Below the pieces are notes generated by a model. The model saw only the letters and a program-made list of their open reading frames with translations, had not been told where the DNA came from and ran no database searches. A stretch of DNA of 64,000 bases, taken from contig JAGORG010000003.1 of assembly GCA_018062965.1 (NCBI GenBank), positions 47,655 through 111,654 on the forward strand. Direction: 5' to 3'. Positions 19,299-30,405 of this stretch are shown here, one piece after another. The number at the start of each line of letters is the position of its first letter. The stretch's first letter is position 1. The translations under genes were made by a program, and so were the position numbers. This stretch comes from Minisyncoccota bacterium. GTDB taxonomy: Bacteria > Patescibacteriota > Minisyncoccia > Phycocordibacterales > UBA5272.

Positions 19299-20195
19299 TT
19301 AGCGGTTTGATGGATTGATGATCCACCACATCTTGGCCCCTTCTTGGACCAGATACCACTCCTCACCGATAGTGAGATTGGGAGCAAGCACCCACTTACC
19401 ACGAACTTCAACCTTGCGGCCGACGTATTCGGTAAGTGATTTGCATTCCAGAAGTGTGAGCGGTAATCCGCCGCGCTTGGAAACTTTCAAGCACCCTTCC
19501 CCTTTGTCAGCAATGAGCTTGTTGATGACCCTCATCCTTGGAGTGATAGGTTGCCCCACCACCACACGCTGCTCAATCGGAGTGACCACAGGCGCTTCTG
19601 CTGATTTCTCAGGAAAGCTACACGATGGGATCATGATGGATACCGAGGCAAGGAGCATCGCTAAGGATTTCAGGAAAACAGCAAGCCCATCCCACAACGC
19701 TTCCCAGATAAAGGCAACCACTGCTACTACCGTAACGATAAACGCAGCAACCGCAGCCCAGATATTGGAAAATGAGAGCGTTGTCAGAATTGATCCGATA
19801 AGCAATAGGGTGCCAGCAACTGAAAACACCGTAGCGGTACCAGCGAGCATTAGCAGTGCGATACCAGCAATCAGAAGCACCAGCCAGAGCAGTCCGATCA
19901 GAAGCTTTGCAAACTTCTTTCGAAAAGCTGCAAGCATATTCCAAAACTCTATTGCCTTGCGGCGCAGGTAGAGCCACAACGGCACCAGAACTTCGTACCA
20001 CCCCGCAAGAAGAACAGTTAGAAACTTGTCAGCTGCAACCCACAAAAAGTGAACGTACTGTTGACGTAGCTGAAAGCGAAATTCAATTTCAATGATTACA
20101 AGGAATGCAACCACTAAAGCGATGATGATGTACCCCATGGGGAACCTCCAAATTGTTATAGAACATAAGCAAGTAAAACTTGCCCCTAGCCACAC
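19299..20195 (-). CDS. Hypothetical polytopic membrane protein with about 110-aa C-terminal soluble domain
   Basis: ORF and hydropathy only. Confidence 0.45.
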   Translation of the reverse strand: MWLGASFTCLCSITIWRFPMGYIIIALVVAFLVIIEIEFRFQLRQQYVHFLWVAADKFLTVLLAGWYEVLVPLWLYLRRKAIEFWNMLAAFRKKFAKLLIGLLWLVLLIAGIALLMLAGTATVFSVAGTLLLIGSILTTLSFSNIWAAVAAFIVTVVAVVAFIWEALWDGLAVFLKSLAMLLASVSIMIPSCSFPEKSAEAPVVTPIEQRVVVGQPITPRMRVINKLIADKGEGCLKVSKRGGLPLTLLECKSLTEYVGRKVEVRGKWVLAPNLTIGEEWYLVQEGAKMWWIINPSNR

Positions 20196-20275
20196 GGCAT
20201 AACTATATTATATCACATTTGTGTAAAAAGTCAACGATACCTTTCTAGATACCGCTGACTTTTTATTTAGTTAAT

Positions 20276-21685
20276 CTATTTGTTTTTTATCTGTATTCCA
20301 AGCTCTCGCAATGTTTTTTCTGGCGCAGGAGACGGTGCTTGCATGAGAAGATCTTTACCTTCACCTGTTTTTGGAAATGCCATCACTTCGCGAATGTTTG
20401 GTTCGTTAAGGAGAATCATCAGGAGACGATCAAATCCCCATGCGATGCCTCCGTGTGGTGGTGTACCTGATCCCAATGCTTCTAACATGTGCCCGAAATT
20501 TTGATTGATACGTTCATCGCTATATCCCATAATTTCAAAAACCTTTCGTAGTGCTTCTGGATTATGGTTTCGAATAGATCCACCACCAAGCTCATATCCG
20601 TTGAGGACAACATCATACTGTGTCGTGAGGATATCCTTGATTGATTCTTTTTTCATCAACAAATCCATGTGTTCATCTTTTGGTCGAGAGAAAGGATTGT
20701 GAGTAAATGTCCATTCCCCTGTTCCGTCTACGTTATCTTCACCAGTCTTTTCAAAAAACGGAAAATCAACTACCCACGCAAATGCTAGAAGGTTTGGATC
20801 ATTCTTGTCTGTACGAAAGTCTGGTTTGTCACTACCGTATTTTTTCATCACTTCATCGTAGGTATACACAGGGAATGGAACTTCTTGTATCTTTTTCTCA
20901 GGGAAAAGAGTTGTGACGAGGTTAATCAAAATCTCTTCGTTTATCTTCATTACTTCACTACGAGAAGCAAAGCTCATTTCGATGTCTAGCTGTGTGAATT
21001 CTGGTTGACGGTCACCGCGTGTGTCTTCGTCTCGCATACATTTTGCAAACTGAAAGTATCTTTCAAATCCGCCCGCCATAAGAAGCTGCTTGTACTGCTG
21101 AGGAGACTGAGGCAATGCATAAAAACTTCCTTGCCATAGACGAGAAGGAACAAGGTACGAGCGTGAACCCTCTGGTGTAGGATTTGTGAGAAGTGGTGTT
21201 TCGATTTCAAGGAATCCACGAGCGTCGAATTCGTCACGCAAAAACTTCATCACCTTGTGACGTGTGCGGATATTTCTTTGCATGCGCGCACGACGATGAT
21301 CAAGATACTTTTTCTCCAGACGAACTTCCTCGTTTACTTCGTACCCATCTGTAGAAATATCAAATGCTGGAGTAGTCGCTTCGTTTAGTACAGTAATAGA
21401 GAGAACTTCGAGCTCAATTGCTCCGTTTAAAACGTCTGCTTTAATATTTTTTTCTGGACGCTTATTGACTAGCGCTGTGATCTGAACAACCCACTCTGGG
21501 CGAACATGTTGCGCAATATTGAGCGCATCAACATGGTTTGGCAAGATAACTGCCTGAACCTTTCCGGTAACATCTCGAAGGTCCAAAAATACCATTTTCC
21601 CTTGATCACGTCTAACATCTACCCAAGAACAGACGTTTACCTCCTGCCCAATGTGTTCAGCTAAATCCTTGATATACGTACGCAT
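20276..21685 (-). CDS. aspS: Aspartate--tRNA ligase, bacterial-type but short (no obvious GAD insertion)
   Basis: Motif 2 region FRDEDTRGDRQPEFTQLDIEMSF, N-terminal OB fold, GLDR motif 3. Start moved to MRTYIKD. Confidence 0.8.
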   Translation of the reverse strand: MRTYIKDLAEHIGQEVNVCSWVDVRRDQGKMVFLDLRDVTGKVQAVILPNHVDALNIAQHVRPEWVVQITALVNKRPEKNIKADVLNGAIELEVLSITVLNEATTPAFDISTDGYEVNEEVRLEKKYLDHRRARMQRNIRTRHKVMKFLRDEFDARGFLEIETPLLTNPTPEGSRSYLVPSRLWQGSFYALPQSPQQYKQLLMAGGFERYFQFAKCMRDEDTRGDRQPEFTQLDIEMSFASRSEVMKINEEILINLVTTLFPEKKIQEVPFPVYTYDEVMKKYGSDKPDFRTDKNDPNLLAFAWVVDFPFFEKTGEDNVDGTGEWTFTHNPFSRPKDEHMDLLMKKESIKDILTTQYDVVLNGYELGGGSIRNHNPEALRKVFEIMGYSDERINQNFGHMLEALGSGTPPHGGIAWGFDRLLMILLNEPNIREVMAFPKTGEGKDLLMQAPSPAPEKTLRELGIQIKNK

Positions 21686-21760
21686 AGAAATTCCATTATA
21701 GCAAAAAGAGTTCTTCTTTGGTAGGATAGCTGCATCGTTACTGTTCTTTAGGAGGTGCTC

Positions 21761-22204
21761 ATGATAGCAACCCAATTCCCTATTTTGATTGTCGAAGAAG
21801 ATATGAAGGTATTCACTCGCATGGAACGAAACCTATCGACCCATGCAACAGGACGCGATATGAACATCGTGGTTCATCATGCTACATCACTAGTCGGGGC
21901 AAAGATCAAAACCCGAGCATACCGACCATACGTCATTTCAACTGACATGACGTACTTGCAACATGATGGCGACAAATATCCATTAAACAATATTGGCTTG
22001 TCTTTTTTGGCTTGGATGAAACGAAGACCTCCAACTAAAATACTCATCTACAGCGGTGAAGAACCGGGAGCTATAAAGGAACGTTTGCTGAGGTCTCGGT
22101 TGTATCCGAACGAATCGACTCTTCCTCTTGCACTTCAAAAAAGTTATGCGGTATCTGATGACAAGTGGTCACGCACCCTTCTTGATCTTCTCATGACTCG
22201 CTAA
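21761..22204 (+). CDS. Stand-alone CheY-like receiver-domain protein (divergent acidic pocket EED)
   Basis: GGAGG 5 nt upstream of ATG. PILIVEED...VISTDMTYL...ILIYSGEE...LQKS matches the receiver DD...D...T/S...K positions. Confidence 0.4.
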   Translation: MIATQFPILIVEEDMKVFTRMERNLSTHATGRDMNIVVHHATSLVGAKIKTRAYRPYVISTDMTYLQHDGDKYPLNNIGLSFLAWMKRRPPTKILIYSGEEPGAIKERLLRSRLYPNESTLPLALQKSYAVSDDKWSRTLLDLLMTR

Positions 22205-22229
22205 GCAAAAGCACCCATCTGGGTGCTTT

Positions 22230-23234
22230 TTATAATCCAATCTGTTCTCTCACTTGCTTCATCGTTTCTTGCGCTTTTGCGCGCGCACGTTTTCCACCGT
22301 CTTCTAACATCTTTTCAATTTTTTCAGGATGTGCCATGAGCTCGTCAAACTTTTCTTTCTTCCCTTCGCGCCACTTGATGATAGTTGCAAGTAGGTCTTC
22401 TTTTGCTTCTTTGTACCCATATCCACCTTGCTCAAATCGCGCTCGCAAAATAGAAACCTCTTCATCAGAAAGAAAATGTTTATGGATATTAAAAATAGTA
22501 TTCTCGTCAGCATTCTTTGTTTCTTCTGGGCGAGCTGAATCGGTAACAATTCCCATCACCGCTTTTTTGACTTCTTCATCTGTTCCAAATAGCGAGATGA
22601 CGTTGCCTTTACTCTTGCTCATCTTGGCACCATCAACACCTGGAATAGTTGCAACAGATTCGAGAATCATTTCTTTTGGAAGTTTGAATTGCTCTACATT
22701 CCAAGCGCGATTATAAAACCCTGCGATATCACGAGCATACTCTACGTGCTGTTTTTGGTCAGAACCAACAGGTACAACATCTGCTTGATACATGAGAATA
22801 TCTGCTGCCATAAGAACTGGGTAATCAAAGAGGCCAACATTCACCTCTTGATTCTTTGCTTCATGATTTTTAAACGCGTGCGCACGCATGAGGTATGGCA
22901 TAGTTACCACATTGTTGAAAATCATGGCAAGTTCAGTATGCTCTGGGACGGCTGATTGTCTAAACAGTGTGACCCTGCTCGTATCAAGTCCGCATGCGAT
23001 ATATGCTGCTGCGATTTCAAGCGCGCTTTGGCGAAGTGCATTCTTGTCCTTGACTGTGGTGAGTGAGTGATAGTCTGCAATAAAAATATATGCTTCATAC
23101 TCCCCACTATTTCCAAGTGAGATATTTTGGCGCATAGCACCAAAATAGTTACCAAAGTGTAACTTTCCTGTCGCCTGAATACCTGAGAGAAGTATTTTTT
23201 TTGAGGGTGTATCGTGTGAAGAAAATCCGAACAT
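22230..23234 (-). CDS. trpS: Tryptophan--tRNA ligase
   Basis: GIQATGKLHFGNYFG (HIGH) and KMSKSKGN. Confidence 0.85.
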   Translation of the reverse strand: MFGFSSHDTPSKKILLSGIQATGKLHFGNYFGAMRQNISLGNSGEYEAYIFIADYHSLTTVKDKNALRQSALEIAAAYIACGLDTSRVTLFRQSAVPEHTELAMIFNNVVTMPYLMRAHAFKNHEAKNQEVNVGLFDYPVLMAADILMYQADVVPVGSDQKQHVEYARDIAGFYNRAWNVEQFKLPKEMILESVATIPGVDGAKMSKSKGNVISLFGTDEEVKKAVMGIVTDSARPEETKNADENTIFNIHKHFLSDEEVSILRARFEQGGYGYKEAKEDLLATIIKWREGKKEKFDELMAHPEKIEKMLEDGGKRARAKAQETMKQVREQIGL

Positions 23235-23249
23235 AGCTTAAGTATATCA

Positions 23250-24662
23250 TTACGATAGTATCTTTTCCTCTTTTTGGATGAACCGCCCGATAATGGTTCC
23301 GATAACAATACCAACAGCCGAAGCCACAAACCCAACAAATGTCCCCGGGATTTCAGATGTAACGAAATGCTCCCAACACTGCCATGTACTGAGTCCCGCA
23401 ATGATTGATACCAAAGCACCAAATGAGTTTGCGCGATTGCTATAGAGTCCAACAGCAAGAGGTATAAACCCTGCAACAAGCGTGATAGAGTATGCACCTG
23501 AAACTAATTCATAAATACGCGCATCATCTTTAAGTGCAAGTAGTAATCCTCCAAAAGCAATGAAGATAACCGCTGAACGAATAACATGCAAACGGAGTTT
23601 GTCTGACATGTCATTGAAAAATGGTTTGATGACATTTTCTGCAAGCAATGTCCCTGGCGCCAAAAGAGCACCGGACGCGGTTGAGATAATAGCAGAAACA
23701 AGTGCCCCAAAGAAAAGAACCTGGAGAAGAAGCGGTGTGTGATCTTGAATAAGTGCAAGGACAAGATTTTGAGGATTACTTTCTAAAACATCCGGATACA
23801 AGATACGTGCAACACCTGCAATGAACAATGGCATCAGTACAATGGTAAAGTACAAGATACCACCGACCACAGAAGCCCATACTGAGATAGTTGCAGATTT
23901 TGCAGACATAGCTCGCTGATACACATCCTGTTGCGGAATAGACCCGAGTCCAATTGTCATAAGCGCCGTCACAAAAATAATCCACTCGGTAAGCGATCCA
24001 GACATCTGTGGGGTAACCTGCCAAAAATCAGGCGGGGTCTGTGCAACCAATGCATCAAATCCTCCAATTTTTGAAAGCGCGTATGCAAAGACAGCGCCGA
24101 GCCCAACTGTGATAACAACAGTCTGAATCGTATCAAGTGTTGCAACAGAATACATCCCTCCAAAAAATGTGTACACCGTCACAAGCGCTGCAGCAAAAAG
24201 TATTGCCCACTGAAGAGAAAGTGTTGGTATGACCGTAGACAAGACCAGCCCAAGTGCTAGAAACTGCGCTGCAACCCATCCAAAGTAACTCACAATAATA
24301 GATATAGATAGAAACACCGCAATGATTGTGTTGTAGCGATTCTTAAAGTAATCTCCGATAGTGAGGAAGCTTAGTTTGTAGAGTTTGCGATTAAAAAAGA
24401 GTCCGGCAATGATAAGACAAAGCGCTGCACCAAATGGATCTTCGATGACATTTGAAAAACCACCTTCGGCGAACTTGGTCGACGCCCCCAAAATAGATTC
24501 TGATCCAAACCATGTGGCAAACACAGTAGCGAGTGCCATATAAAACGGAAGCGATCTTCCTGCTAAAACATAATCCCCTGTGTTTTTCACTTTTCGACTG
24601 GCGTATAAACCAATCGGTATCATCACAAGCACATACAGAACTACACAGATAGCTAAAATCAT
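23250..24662 (-). CDS. Sodium:solute symporter family transporter (PutP/SSS-like)
   Basis: SSS N-terminus MILAICVVLYVLVMIPIGLYASRKVKNTGDYVLAGRSL. Start moved to this Met, which removes the overlap with the downstream gene. Confidence 0.7.
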   Translation of the reverse strand: MILAICVVLYVLVMIPIGLYASRKVKNTGDYVLAGRSLPFYMALATVFATWFGSESILGASTKFAEGGFSNVIEDPFGAALCLIIAGLFFNRKLYKLSFLTIGDYFKNRYNTIIAVFLSISIIVSYFGWVAAQFLALGLVLSTVIPTLSLQWAILFAAALVTVYTFFGGMYSVATLDTIQTVVITVGLGAVFAYALSKIGGFDALVAQTPPDFWQVTPQMSGSLTEWIIFVTALMTIGLGSIPQQDVYQRAMSAKSATISVWASVVGGILYFTIVLMPLFIAGVARILYPDVLESNPQNLVLALIQDHTPLLLQVLFFGALVSAIISTASGALLAPGTLLAENVIKPFFNDMSDKLRLHVIRSAVIFIAFGGLLLALKDDARIYELVSGAYSITLVAGFIPLAVGLYSNRANSFGALVSIIAGLSTWQCWEHFVTSEIPGTFVGFVASAVGIVIGTIIGRFIQKEEKILS

Positions 24663-24726
24663 ACGTGATATTTTATGAGTAGAATACCTACAAGTGTACA
24701 CGAGCATACACAACAAAAAAAGAGGC

Positions 24727-25326
24727 TCACAGCCCCTTTTTGGAAATAATTTTTTTGAGTACACCGAGCTGTTTTTCGTATTCAAGCATCAAAGCGTTTG
24801 CCTGTCTGTACCCAAGACCCGTTTGACTAGTATCACGCTCTCGTTTTGCTTTGCGGTGCTTTAAAGCAACGCTATCACGCAGAGCAAGTAATTGAGTCAC
24901 ACTTACATCATACAGCAAGTGGGTGTTTTTAAGCCTGTCTTGGTAGTCAGCAAGCAGCTCCTTTTCGCGCTCCCAAGCTTGGGCGATTAAATTATCGAGC
25001 GTGTACCCAAACGTTTGCGAAGCTTTGACGTCTACCAGTTTCGTGACCACTTTTTTCTTGAGCTCTGAAATGCTTGGGATAGCAGGAGTAAAGTCAAGAA
25101 AGTAACTTCCTGGAACAAGGTCCAGGGTTTCACCTTTAATGAAGGCATAGTATTTGCCACGTAACACTTTTTCAAAAAAAGGTGAATTACTCCTAATGCA
25201 GTTGAGTGCTACCTTGAGTTTAGAACTCATCTGGCGTGTAGTCACCCACTCAATCTCTAGGTGTTCATCCAGACCAAAGCTGTAGGGCGTTTGGATGATT
25301 GAAGTCAGTATATCTTTGAAAACCAT
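24727..25326 (-). CDS. Hypothetical 199-aa protein downstream of dnaJ
   Basis: ORF only. Confidence 0.4.
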   Translation of the reverse strand: MVFKDILTSIIQTPYSFGLDEHLEIEWVTTRQMSSKLKVALNCIRSNSPFFEKVLRGKYYAFIKGETLDLVPGSYFLDFTPAIPSISELKKKVVTKLVDVKASQTFGYTLDNLIAQAWEREKELLADYQDRLKNTHLLYDVSVTQLLALRDSVALKHRKAKRERDTSQTGLGYRQANALMLEYEKQLGVLKKIISKKGL

Positions 25327-25369
25327 GGCAGTTCTCCTGTTATGTACAAACTGTTTGTATAGTACCTCA

Positions 25370-25412
25370 CCCTTAAAAAGAAAGCGAGCACGTACCCGTG
25401 CTCGCTTTCTTT
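25370..25412 (-). terminator. Intrinsic terminator after dnaJ
   Basis: GCGAGCACG-TACC-CGTGCTCGC 9-bp stem with T-runs on both sides. Confidence 0.55.
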
Positions 25413-25416
25413 TCTT

Positions 25417-26493
25417 TTAGAGACCTTCTTCTTTTAGATCTTCAACCAACTTCATTGCTTTTTTGGAAAGCTTTTTTGGCATAACGATATCTATTTTGAT
25501 GAGCACATCCCCTCGTTTACCTTTTTCATGGATATGTGGCACTCCACGTCCCTTTACACGCAGTATTTCACCCGCTGATGCACCCGGAATAACATCTACG
25601 GTTATGTCTCCATCTAGCCCAGGAACAGTGTGCTTTGCACCTAGTAGTGCATCTGAGAGTTTGATTGAATGTTTAATAACCAAGTCATTTCCTTCTCGTT
25701 TCCATACTTTATCAGTTTGTACATTTATTTTTATGTACAAATCTCCGCTTTGTCCAGCTGGCACCGCTTCTCCCATATTAGACATGCGTATCATTTCCCC
25801 GTTTGAAATACCAGCTGGTACTTCGATATGAATCTCTTCTCGCTTCTCCAAAACACCAACACCTCGACAATCATGACATTTTTCTTTTGGCACTTTACCT
25901 GTACCATGACATGCATCACACGTCTTTACAGTTTGGAAGTTACCCATAAAGGTTCGCTTTATGTCATGCATCTTTCCTTGGCCGTTACAGGTTGTACATG
26001 TAATCATTCCACTTCCAGCTTTCGCTCCAGAACCTTTACATGTATCACATGTTCCAACTTTATTAATCAAAACATTTCGTTCAGTACCAAAAACCGCTTC
26101 TTTAAATGTCACGTCGATTTCAAGTGAAATATCACGACCACGTTTTGGTCGCCCCCCTCCACCAAACCCTCCGAACATGTCACCAAACATATCTCCTAGA
26201 TCTCCAAAGTCAAACTGCATATCTTGGAAGTCAGATGCGTTAAACCCTCCAAACCCACCGAAACCACCCTGCGGACCCTGGCCATTAAACGTCTGTCCAT
26301 AGGTATCATATTCTTTTCTCTTCTTTTCATCAGAAAGAACTTGGTAGGCTTCATTCACTTCTTTGAACTTAGCTTCGTCTCCGTCTTTTTTATCAGGATG
26401 GTATTTCGAGGCAAGTTTGTAGAACGCCTTTTTGATATCGTCTTTTGCTGCGCTTTTCTCGACACCCAAAACATCGTAATAGTTTTTTGCCAT
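25417..26493 (-). CDS. dnaJ: Chaperone DnaJ
   Basis: J-domain YYDVLGV...HPDK, Gly/Phe-rich region, four CxxCxGxG zinc-finger repeats. Start moved to MAKNYYD. Confidence 0.85.
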   Translation of the reverse strand: MAKNYYDVLGVEKSAAKDDIKKAFYKLASKYHPDKKDGDEAKFKEVNEAYQVLSDEKKRKEYDTYGQTFNGQGPQGGFGGFGGFNASDFQDMQFDFGDLGDMFGDMFGGFGGGGRPKRGRDISLEIDVTFKEAVFGTERNVLINKVGTCDTCKGSGAKAGSGMITCTTCNGQGKMHDIKRTFMGNFQTVKTCDACHGTGKVPKEKCHDCRGVGVLEKREEIHIEVPAGISNGEMIRMSNMGEAVPAGQSGDLYIKINVQTDKVWKREGNDLVIKHSIKLSDALLGAKHTVPGLDGDITVDVIPGASAGEILRVKGRGVPHIHEKGKRGDVLIKIDIVMPKKLSKKAMKLVEDLKEEGL

Positions 26494-26606
26494 AGTCTGT
26501 ATGTTATAACATACTACACAAAATGAGCGCAACAGTCTCTTTTGACAAATGAGAAAATATATTGTAGTTTTAAATACAGTTTCTATTTTTAGAAAAGGAT
26601 ATAGCC

Positions 26607-27344
26607 ATGCAAACTTTGCATGTTCCACTTTGTTCTATCGATAGTAGTCATACACATATACGAGAAGATGGGTTCTATACGAGCCGCTCTCCGTCTAGAC
26701 AAGTACTTACCATAGCTTCACCCATGCCAGCTTTAAAAGAGGTTGGCACATACGAAGTTGAGAGGTCTTTATTAGAACTGCAGACTGCCACATATACCCG
26801 ACTCTCAATGCCAAGAAGCTACAAAGAGCGTATGTGTCTTAACACGAAAAAACATCGACAGTCAGTTGTTGTTGAATATGTGTGGGATGTAGAAACAAGA
26901 GATATCAAGGCTTCAGTGGGTTTATTCCGAACGAAGCTGGGTAACATATTCACCTTCGAAAACTATACTCAATCAACCTCATTTGAAAGAGATATGGCTG
27001 TTCTTTCGACAATGTTAAGCCAGTTTGAACTGCCCCCAGCCATACAACGCAGGGTGCTGGGTTTTTCACGAACACCGTCAGATGAGGCATATCGTGTTGT
27101 AGAAAGCATTCTTTACCTTTTCAACCTTTTGTGTCGAACATACGCACTAAAAAATGGTATTCCATTTTTAGGTAAAGAAAGAGATGGTCTAAAAGTTTTA
27201 TTTGTGAAGCACTCTCCAAATGCATCTTTTAATAAAGTTTTTAGAGACCCAGTATCACTCATCAACATGAGTAACATTGTTGCTCATCTTGAAGGAAAGC
27301 CGACTATCTTTACACATGAGTGGCTTACAAAAATACTTCCATAG
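26607..27344 (+). CDS. Hypothetical 245-aa protein encoded on the opposite strand between dnaK and dnaJ
   Basis: AAAGGA RBS. Shares the bidirectional terminator with dnaK. Confidence 0.5.
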   Translation: MQTLHVPLCSIDSSHTHIREDGFYTSRSPSRQVLTIASPMPALKEVGTYEVERSLLELQTATYTRLSMPRSYKERMCLNTKKHRQSVVVEYVWDVETRDIKASVGLFRTKLGNIFTFENYTQSTSFERDMAVLSTMLSQFELPPAIQRRVLGFSRTPSDEAYRVVESILYLFNLLCRTYALKNGIPFLGKERDGLKVLFVKHSPNASFNKVFRDPVSLINMSNIVAHLEGKPTIFTHEWLTKILP

Positions 27345-27345
27345 T

Positions 27346-27372
27346 AAAAACAGGCACACGTGCCTGTTTTTT
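27346..27372. terminator. Bidirectional intrinsic terminator (A5-CAGGCA-CACG-TGCCTG-T6)
   Basis: Symmetric A/T tracts. Serves convergent dnaK (-) and the 26607 gene (+). Confidence 0.6.
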
Positions 27373-27395
27373 AAAACCGTAACTTTGTCTAAATA

Positions 27396-29273
27396 CTAGT
27401 TATCTTTCTTCTCTCCTTCTTCTGGTTGTGATTCTGTAGCAGTTGAAGGTTGCTCTGGTTGAGCATTATCTTGAGACGTTTTCATAGCTTCACCGATTTT
27501 CATCATCGCATCTGACAACGCTTCTGATGCAGCTTTGATAGCCGAACTATCATCACCGTTGCGAGCTGTTTTTACAGCGTCGATTTTTGTCTGCACATCA
27601 GATTTGATATCATCTCCAATTTTTCCTTCTGCATCACGTAGTGATTTTTCTGCAGTATGGACAAGTGTATCAGCGAGGTTCTTTTCCTCAGCAAGTTCTT
27701 TTTTCTTTTTATCTTCTTCAGCGTGCGCATCAGCTTCTGTTTGCATGCGTTTGATATCTTCATCAGTAAGCCCAGATGATGCTTCTATGCGAATAGACTG
27801 TTCCTTGCCTGATGTTTTGTCTTTTGCTTTTACCTGGAGAATACCGTTGGCATCAACATCAAAGGTTACTTCAACTTGTGGCATGCCACGTGGAGCTGGT
27901 GGAATACCATCGAGAATAAAGCGTCCGAGAGATTTGTTATCTGCCGCCATTGGACGTTCACCTTGTGTGATGTGGATTTCAACAGACGTTTGATTATCTG
28001 CAGCAGTTGAAAAGACTTGTGACTTTGATGTAGGAATAGTCATGTTCTTTTCAATCAATTTTGTTGCGACGCCTCCCATAGTTTCGATACCAAGTGATAG
28101 CGGAATCACATCAAGAAGAAGTACATCTTTCACATCCCCTTGTAGCACTCCCGCCTGAACTGCAGCACCAAGCGCCACCACTTCGTCTGGGTTGATTGAT
28201 CGGTTTGGTTCTTTGCCAAAGAGACTCTTTACAGCTTCTACAATCATTGGCATACGAGTTTGACCTCCAACCATAATCACTTCGTTGATTTCTTCTTTCT
28301 TAAATGGTGAATTATCAAGTGCACGCTTTGCGATTTCGATTGAACGATCAACGAATTCACGTGCAATGTTTTCTAGTTGTGCGCGCGTTACTTTAAGCAT
28401 GAGGTGCTTTGGCCCTGATGCATCAGATGTGATAAACGGAAGATTGATTTCAGTTTCTGTTTGTGTAGAAAGCTCATGCTTTGCTTTTTCAGCAGCTTCA
28501 TCAAGACGCTGAAGAGCGAGCGGATCTGTGGTCACATCGATACCTGATTCTTTTTTATATTCAGATGCAATGAATTCAACAAACTTCTGGTCGATATCAC
28601 GACCTCCAAGGTGTGAGTCACCGTCAACTGATTTTACTTCAACCACACCATCACCCACTTCAAGGATAGAGATATCAAATGTTCCTCCTCCGAAGTCATA
28701 CACTGCAATCTTTTCATTTTTCTGTGAATTAAATCCGTATGCAAGAGCAGCTGCTGTTGGTTCTGGAATAATACGCATTACTTCAAGACCTGCGATTTTA
28801 CCTGCGTCAACTGTTGCCTGTCGCTGTGTGTCGTTAAAATATGCAGGAACAGTGATAACCGCTTGTGTTACTGTTTCGCCAAGCTTTGCTTCAACATCTG
28901 CTTTTATCTTTTGAAGAATCATCGCAGAAATTTCTTCAGGGCGAGAGTCTTTGCCACCAAGGTTAATCAAGACACTACCGCTTGGTCCTTCTTTGATTGC
29001 GTACGCAACACGAGGAATATCATTTTGTACTTCTTTGTCTTTAAACGAGTGCCCCATGAAGCGCTTCACGCCATATACAGTGTCTTTTGGATTCGTTACT
29101 GCTTGTCGCTTTGCGATTTGCCCAACCGATCGTTCACCGTTTTTGTTCACCGAAACAACCGATGGTGTAGTTCGGTTTCCTTCGAGATTTTCTATAATCT
29201 TTGGCTGCCCTCCTTCAATGATTGCAACCGCAGAGTTTGTTGTACCGAGATCGATACCAATGATTTTTGCCAT
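27396..29273 (-). CDS. dnaK: Chaperone DnaK (Hsp70)
   Basis: [19 protein letters not shown]-terminal EEVD-less acidic tail. Confidence 0.9.
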   Translation of the reverse strand: MAKIIGIDLGTTNSAVAIIEGGQPKIIENLEGNRTTPSVVSVNKNGERSVGQIAKRQAVTNPKDTVYGVKRFMGHSFKDKEVQNDIPRVAYAIKEGPSGSVLINLGGKDSRPEEISAMILQKIKADVEAKLGETVTQAVITVPAYFNDTQRQATVDAGKIAGLEVMRIIPEPTAAALAYGFNSQKNEKIAVYDFGGGTFDISILEVGDGVVEVKSVDGDSHLGGRDIDQKFVEFIASEYKKESGIDVTTDPLALQRLDEAAEKAKHELSTQTETEINLPFITSDASGPKHLMLKVTRAQLENIAREFVDRSIEIAKRALDNSPFKKEEINEVIMVGGQTRMPMIVEAVKSLFGKEPNRSINPDEVVALGAAVQAGVLQGDVKDVLLLDVIPLSLGIETMGGVATKLIEKNMTIPTSKSQVFSTAADNQTSVEIHITQGERPMAADNKSLGRFILDGIPPAPRGMPQVEVTFDVDANGILQVKAKDKTSGKEQSIRIEASSGLTDEDIKRMQTEADAHAEEDKKKKELAEEKNLADTLVHTAEKSLRDAEGKIGDDIKSDVQTKIDAVKTARNGDDSSAIKAASEALSDAMMKIGEAMKTSQDNAQPEQPSTATESQPEEGEKKDN

Positions 29274-29306
29274 AGTGATTATATAGTTATCTGTTAATAA
29301 TAAAGT

Positions 29307-29909
29307 TTACCCGAACACTTTTACTTTTGCTGGACGGAGAATATATGAGCCAAGCTTGTACCCTTGAGCAAGCACTTCTGCAATAGTGTCATGCTGTGAA
29401 GCATCTTCTTCTTTTATAACTTCTATTGAATCGTGGATGTTTGGGTCAAATGTTTCACCTGGAGCTCCGTATGCTACAAGACCTTCTTTTTCTAGTGTTG
29501 CTTTGAGTTGATTGAAAATATATTCAACTCCCGTACGCCAACCTGCATCAACTTTTTCCCAAGCCTCCTTGTTGCTTTGCGCCATAGTGTAGGCATCAAG
29601 CGCTGGAAGCATGTCTTCCATGAGACGTCTGTTTGCTAGTTTGATATCATCTAACCTTCGCGCATCGACTTCACGCTTAAAATTTGCGTAATCAGCCTTT
29701 GCACGTGTCCATCCATCAAGGTTATTTTTTGCTTCTGTTTCCAGTTCTTTTACTTTTGCGCGCAACTTCTTGATAGTATCTCGCGCGTTTACTTCCCCCT
29801 CTTCATTTACTTCTTCAAATGCGATATCGTCAATATCATTCATGTCACCTGTAACTGTCTGTCCTGTCATTTCGGGAGTAATTTCTTCTTTCGTTTCTTC
29901 GTTGTTCAT
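29307..29909 (-). CDS. grpE: Nucleotide exchange factor GrpE
   Basis: GrpE coiled coil plus C-terminal beta domain. Upstream of dnaK. Confidence 0.8.
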   Translation of the reverse strand: MNNEETKEEITPEMTGQTVTGDMNDIDDIAFEEVNEEGEVNARDTIKKLRAKVKELETEAKNNLDGWTRAKADYANFKREVDARRLDDIKLANRRLMEDMLPALDAYTMAQSNKEAWEKVDAGWRTGVEYIFNQLKATLEKEGLVAYGAPGETFDPNIHDSIEVIKEEDASQHDTIAEVLAQGYKLGSYILRPAKVKVFG

Positions 29910-29935
29910 AATTCTTTTACAAGGTTACATATTAA

Positions 29936-29964
29936 TATATACATGCAAACTTTTTTGCCGTCAA
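29936..29964 (-). promoter_or_regulatory. Sigma70-like promoter for grpE-dnaK (TTGACG-17-TATATA)
   Basis: -35 at 29959-29964 and -10 at 29936-29941 on minus, about 27 nt upstream of the grpE ATG. No CIRCE inverted repeat seen. Confidence 0.45.
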
Positions 29965-29981
29965 GAGCCTCCAGTCTACCA

Positions 29982-30010
29982 TAAAAACCCCGCCGTAGCG
30001 GGGTTTATTT
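29982..30010 (-). terminator. Intrinsic terminator (CCCCGC-CGTA-GCGGGG)
   Basis: Immediately after the stop of the 30019..30351 ORF; T-run on minus. Confidence 0.5.
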
Positions 30011-30018
30011 TGCAAGTA

Positions 30019-30351
30019 TCAGACGGACAAAAGAGCTTGTCTGTGACGTCTGACTCGAGACATGAATTTGTACAAATTTGTAAGCGTTTGGTCTACTGTG
30101 CGCTTTGGCGGGAGCTCTATGTCGTTTTGATTTATGTAGTGGCCAAACGCTTTTGGTGTGTTATCACGCATAGCTGCGCGCAACGTAGCGCGTTTTGAGT
30201 CAAAATCAGCCTGGTACCTGCTTTCGAGAAAAGCAACAACTTTTGTGTTTACACACCACATCTCATTAAAGCCAGGACAATTTCCTGAGCGAATCGTTTG
30301 GTGGCACACACAATCGTTTATTTTTGGCAAAGAACATTCAGGTTTTTCCAC
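30019..30351 (-). CDS. Hypothetical Cys-rich 110-aa protein (GTG start) upstream of grpE
   Basis: AGAGGA 6 nt upstream of GTG. Cys pattern C-x7-C-x-C-x8-C-x7-C. Own terminator. Confidence 0.35.
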   Translation of the reverse strand: MEKPECSLPKINDCVCHQTIRSGNCPGFNEMWCVNTKVVAFLESRYQADFDSKRATLRAAMRDNTPKAFGHYINQNDIELPPKRTVDQTLTNLYKFMSRVRRHRQALLSV

Positions 30352-30377
30352 GGTTTTTCCTCTTTAAAGTTAGAAAC

Positions 30378-30405
30378 GAAAACCAGCTCTTACGAGCTGG
30401 TTTTC
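30378..30405. terminator. Bidirectional hairpin (A-run CCAGCTC-TTAC-GAGCTGG T-run)
   Basis: 7-bp perfect stem with flanking A4/T4. Confidence 0.45.

Noticed and set aside
29910-30020. CIRCE (HrcA operator) upstream of grpE.
   Set aside because: No TTAGCACTC-N9-GAGTGCTAA-like inverted repeat; only a sigma70-type promoter and a terminator are present.
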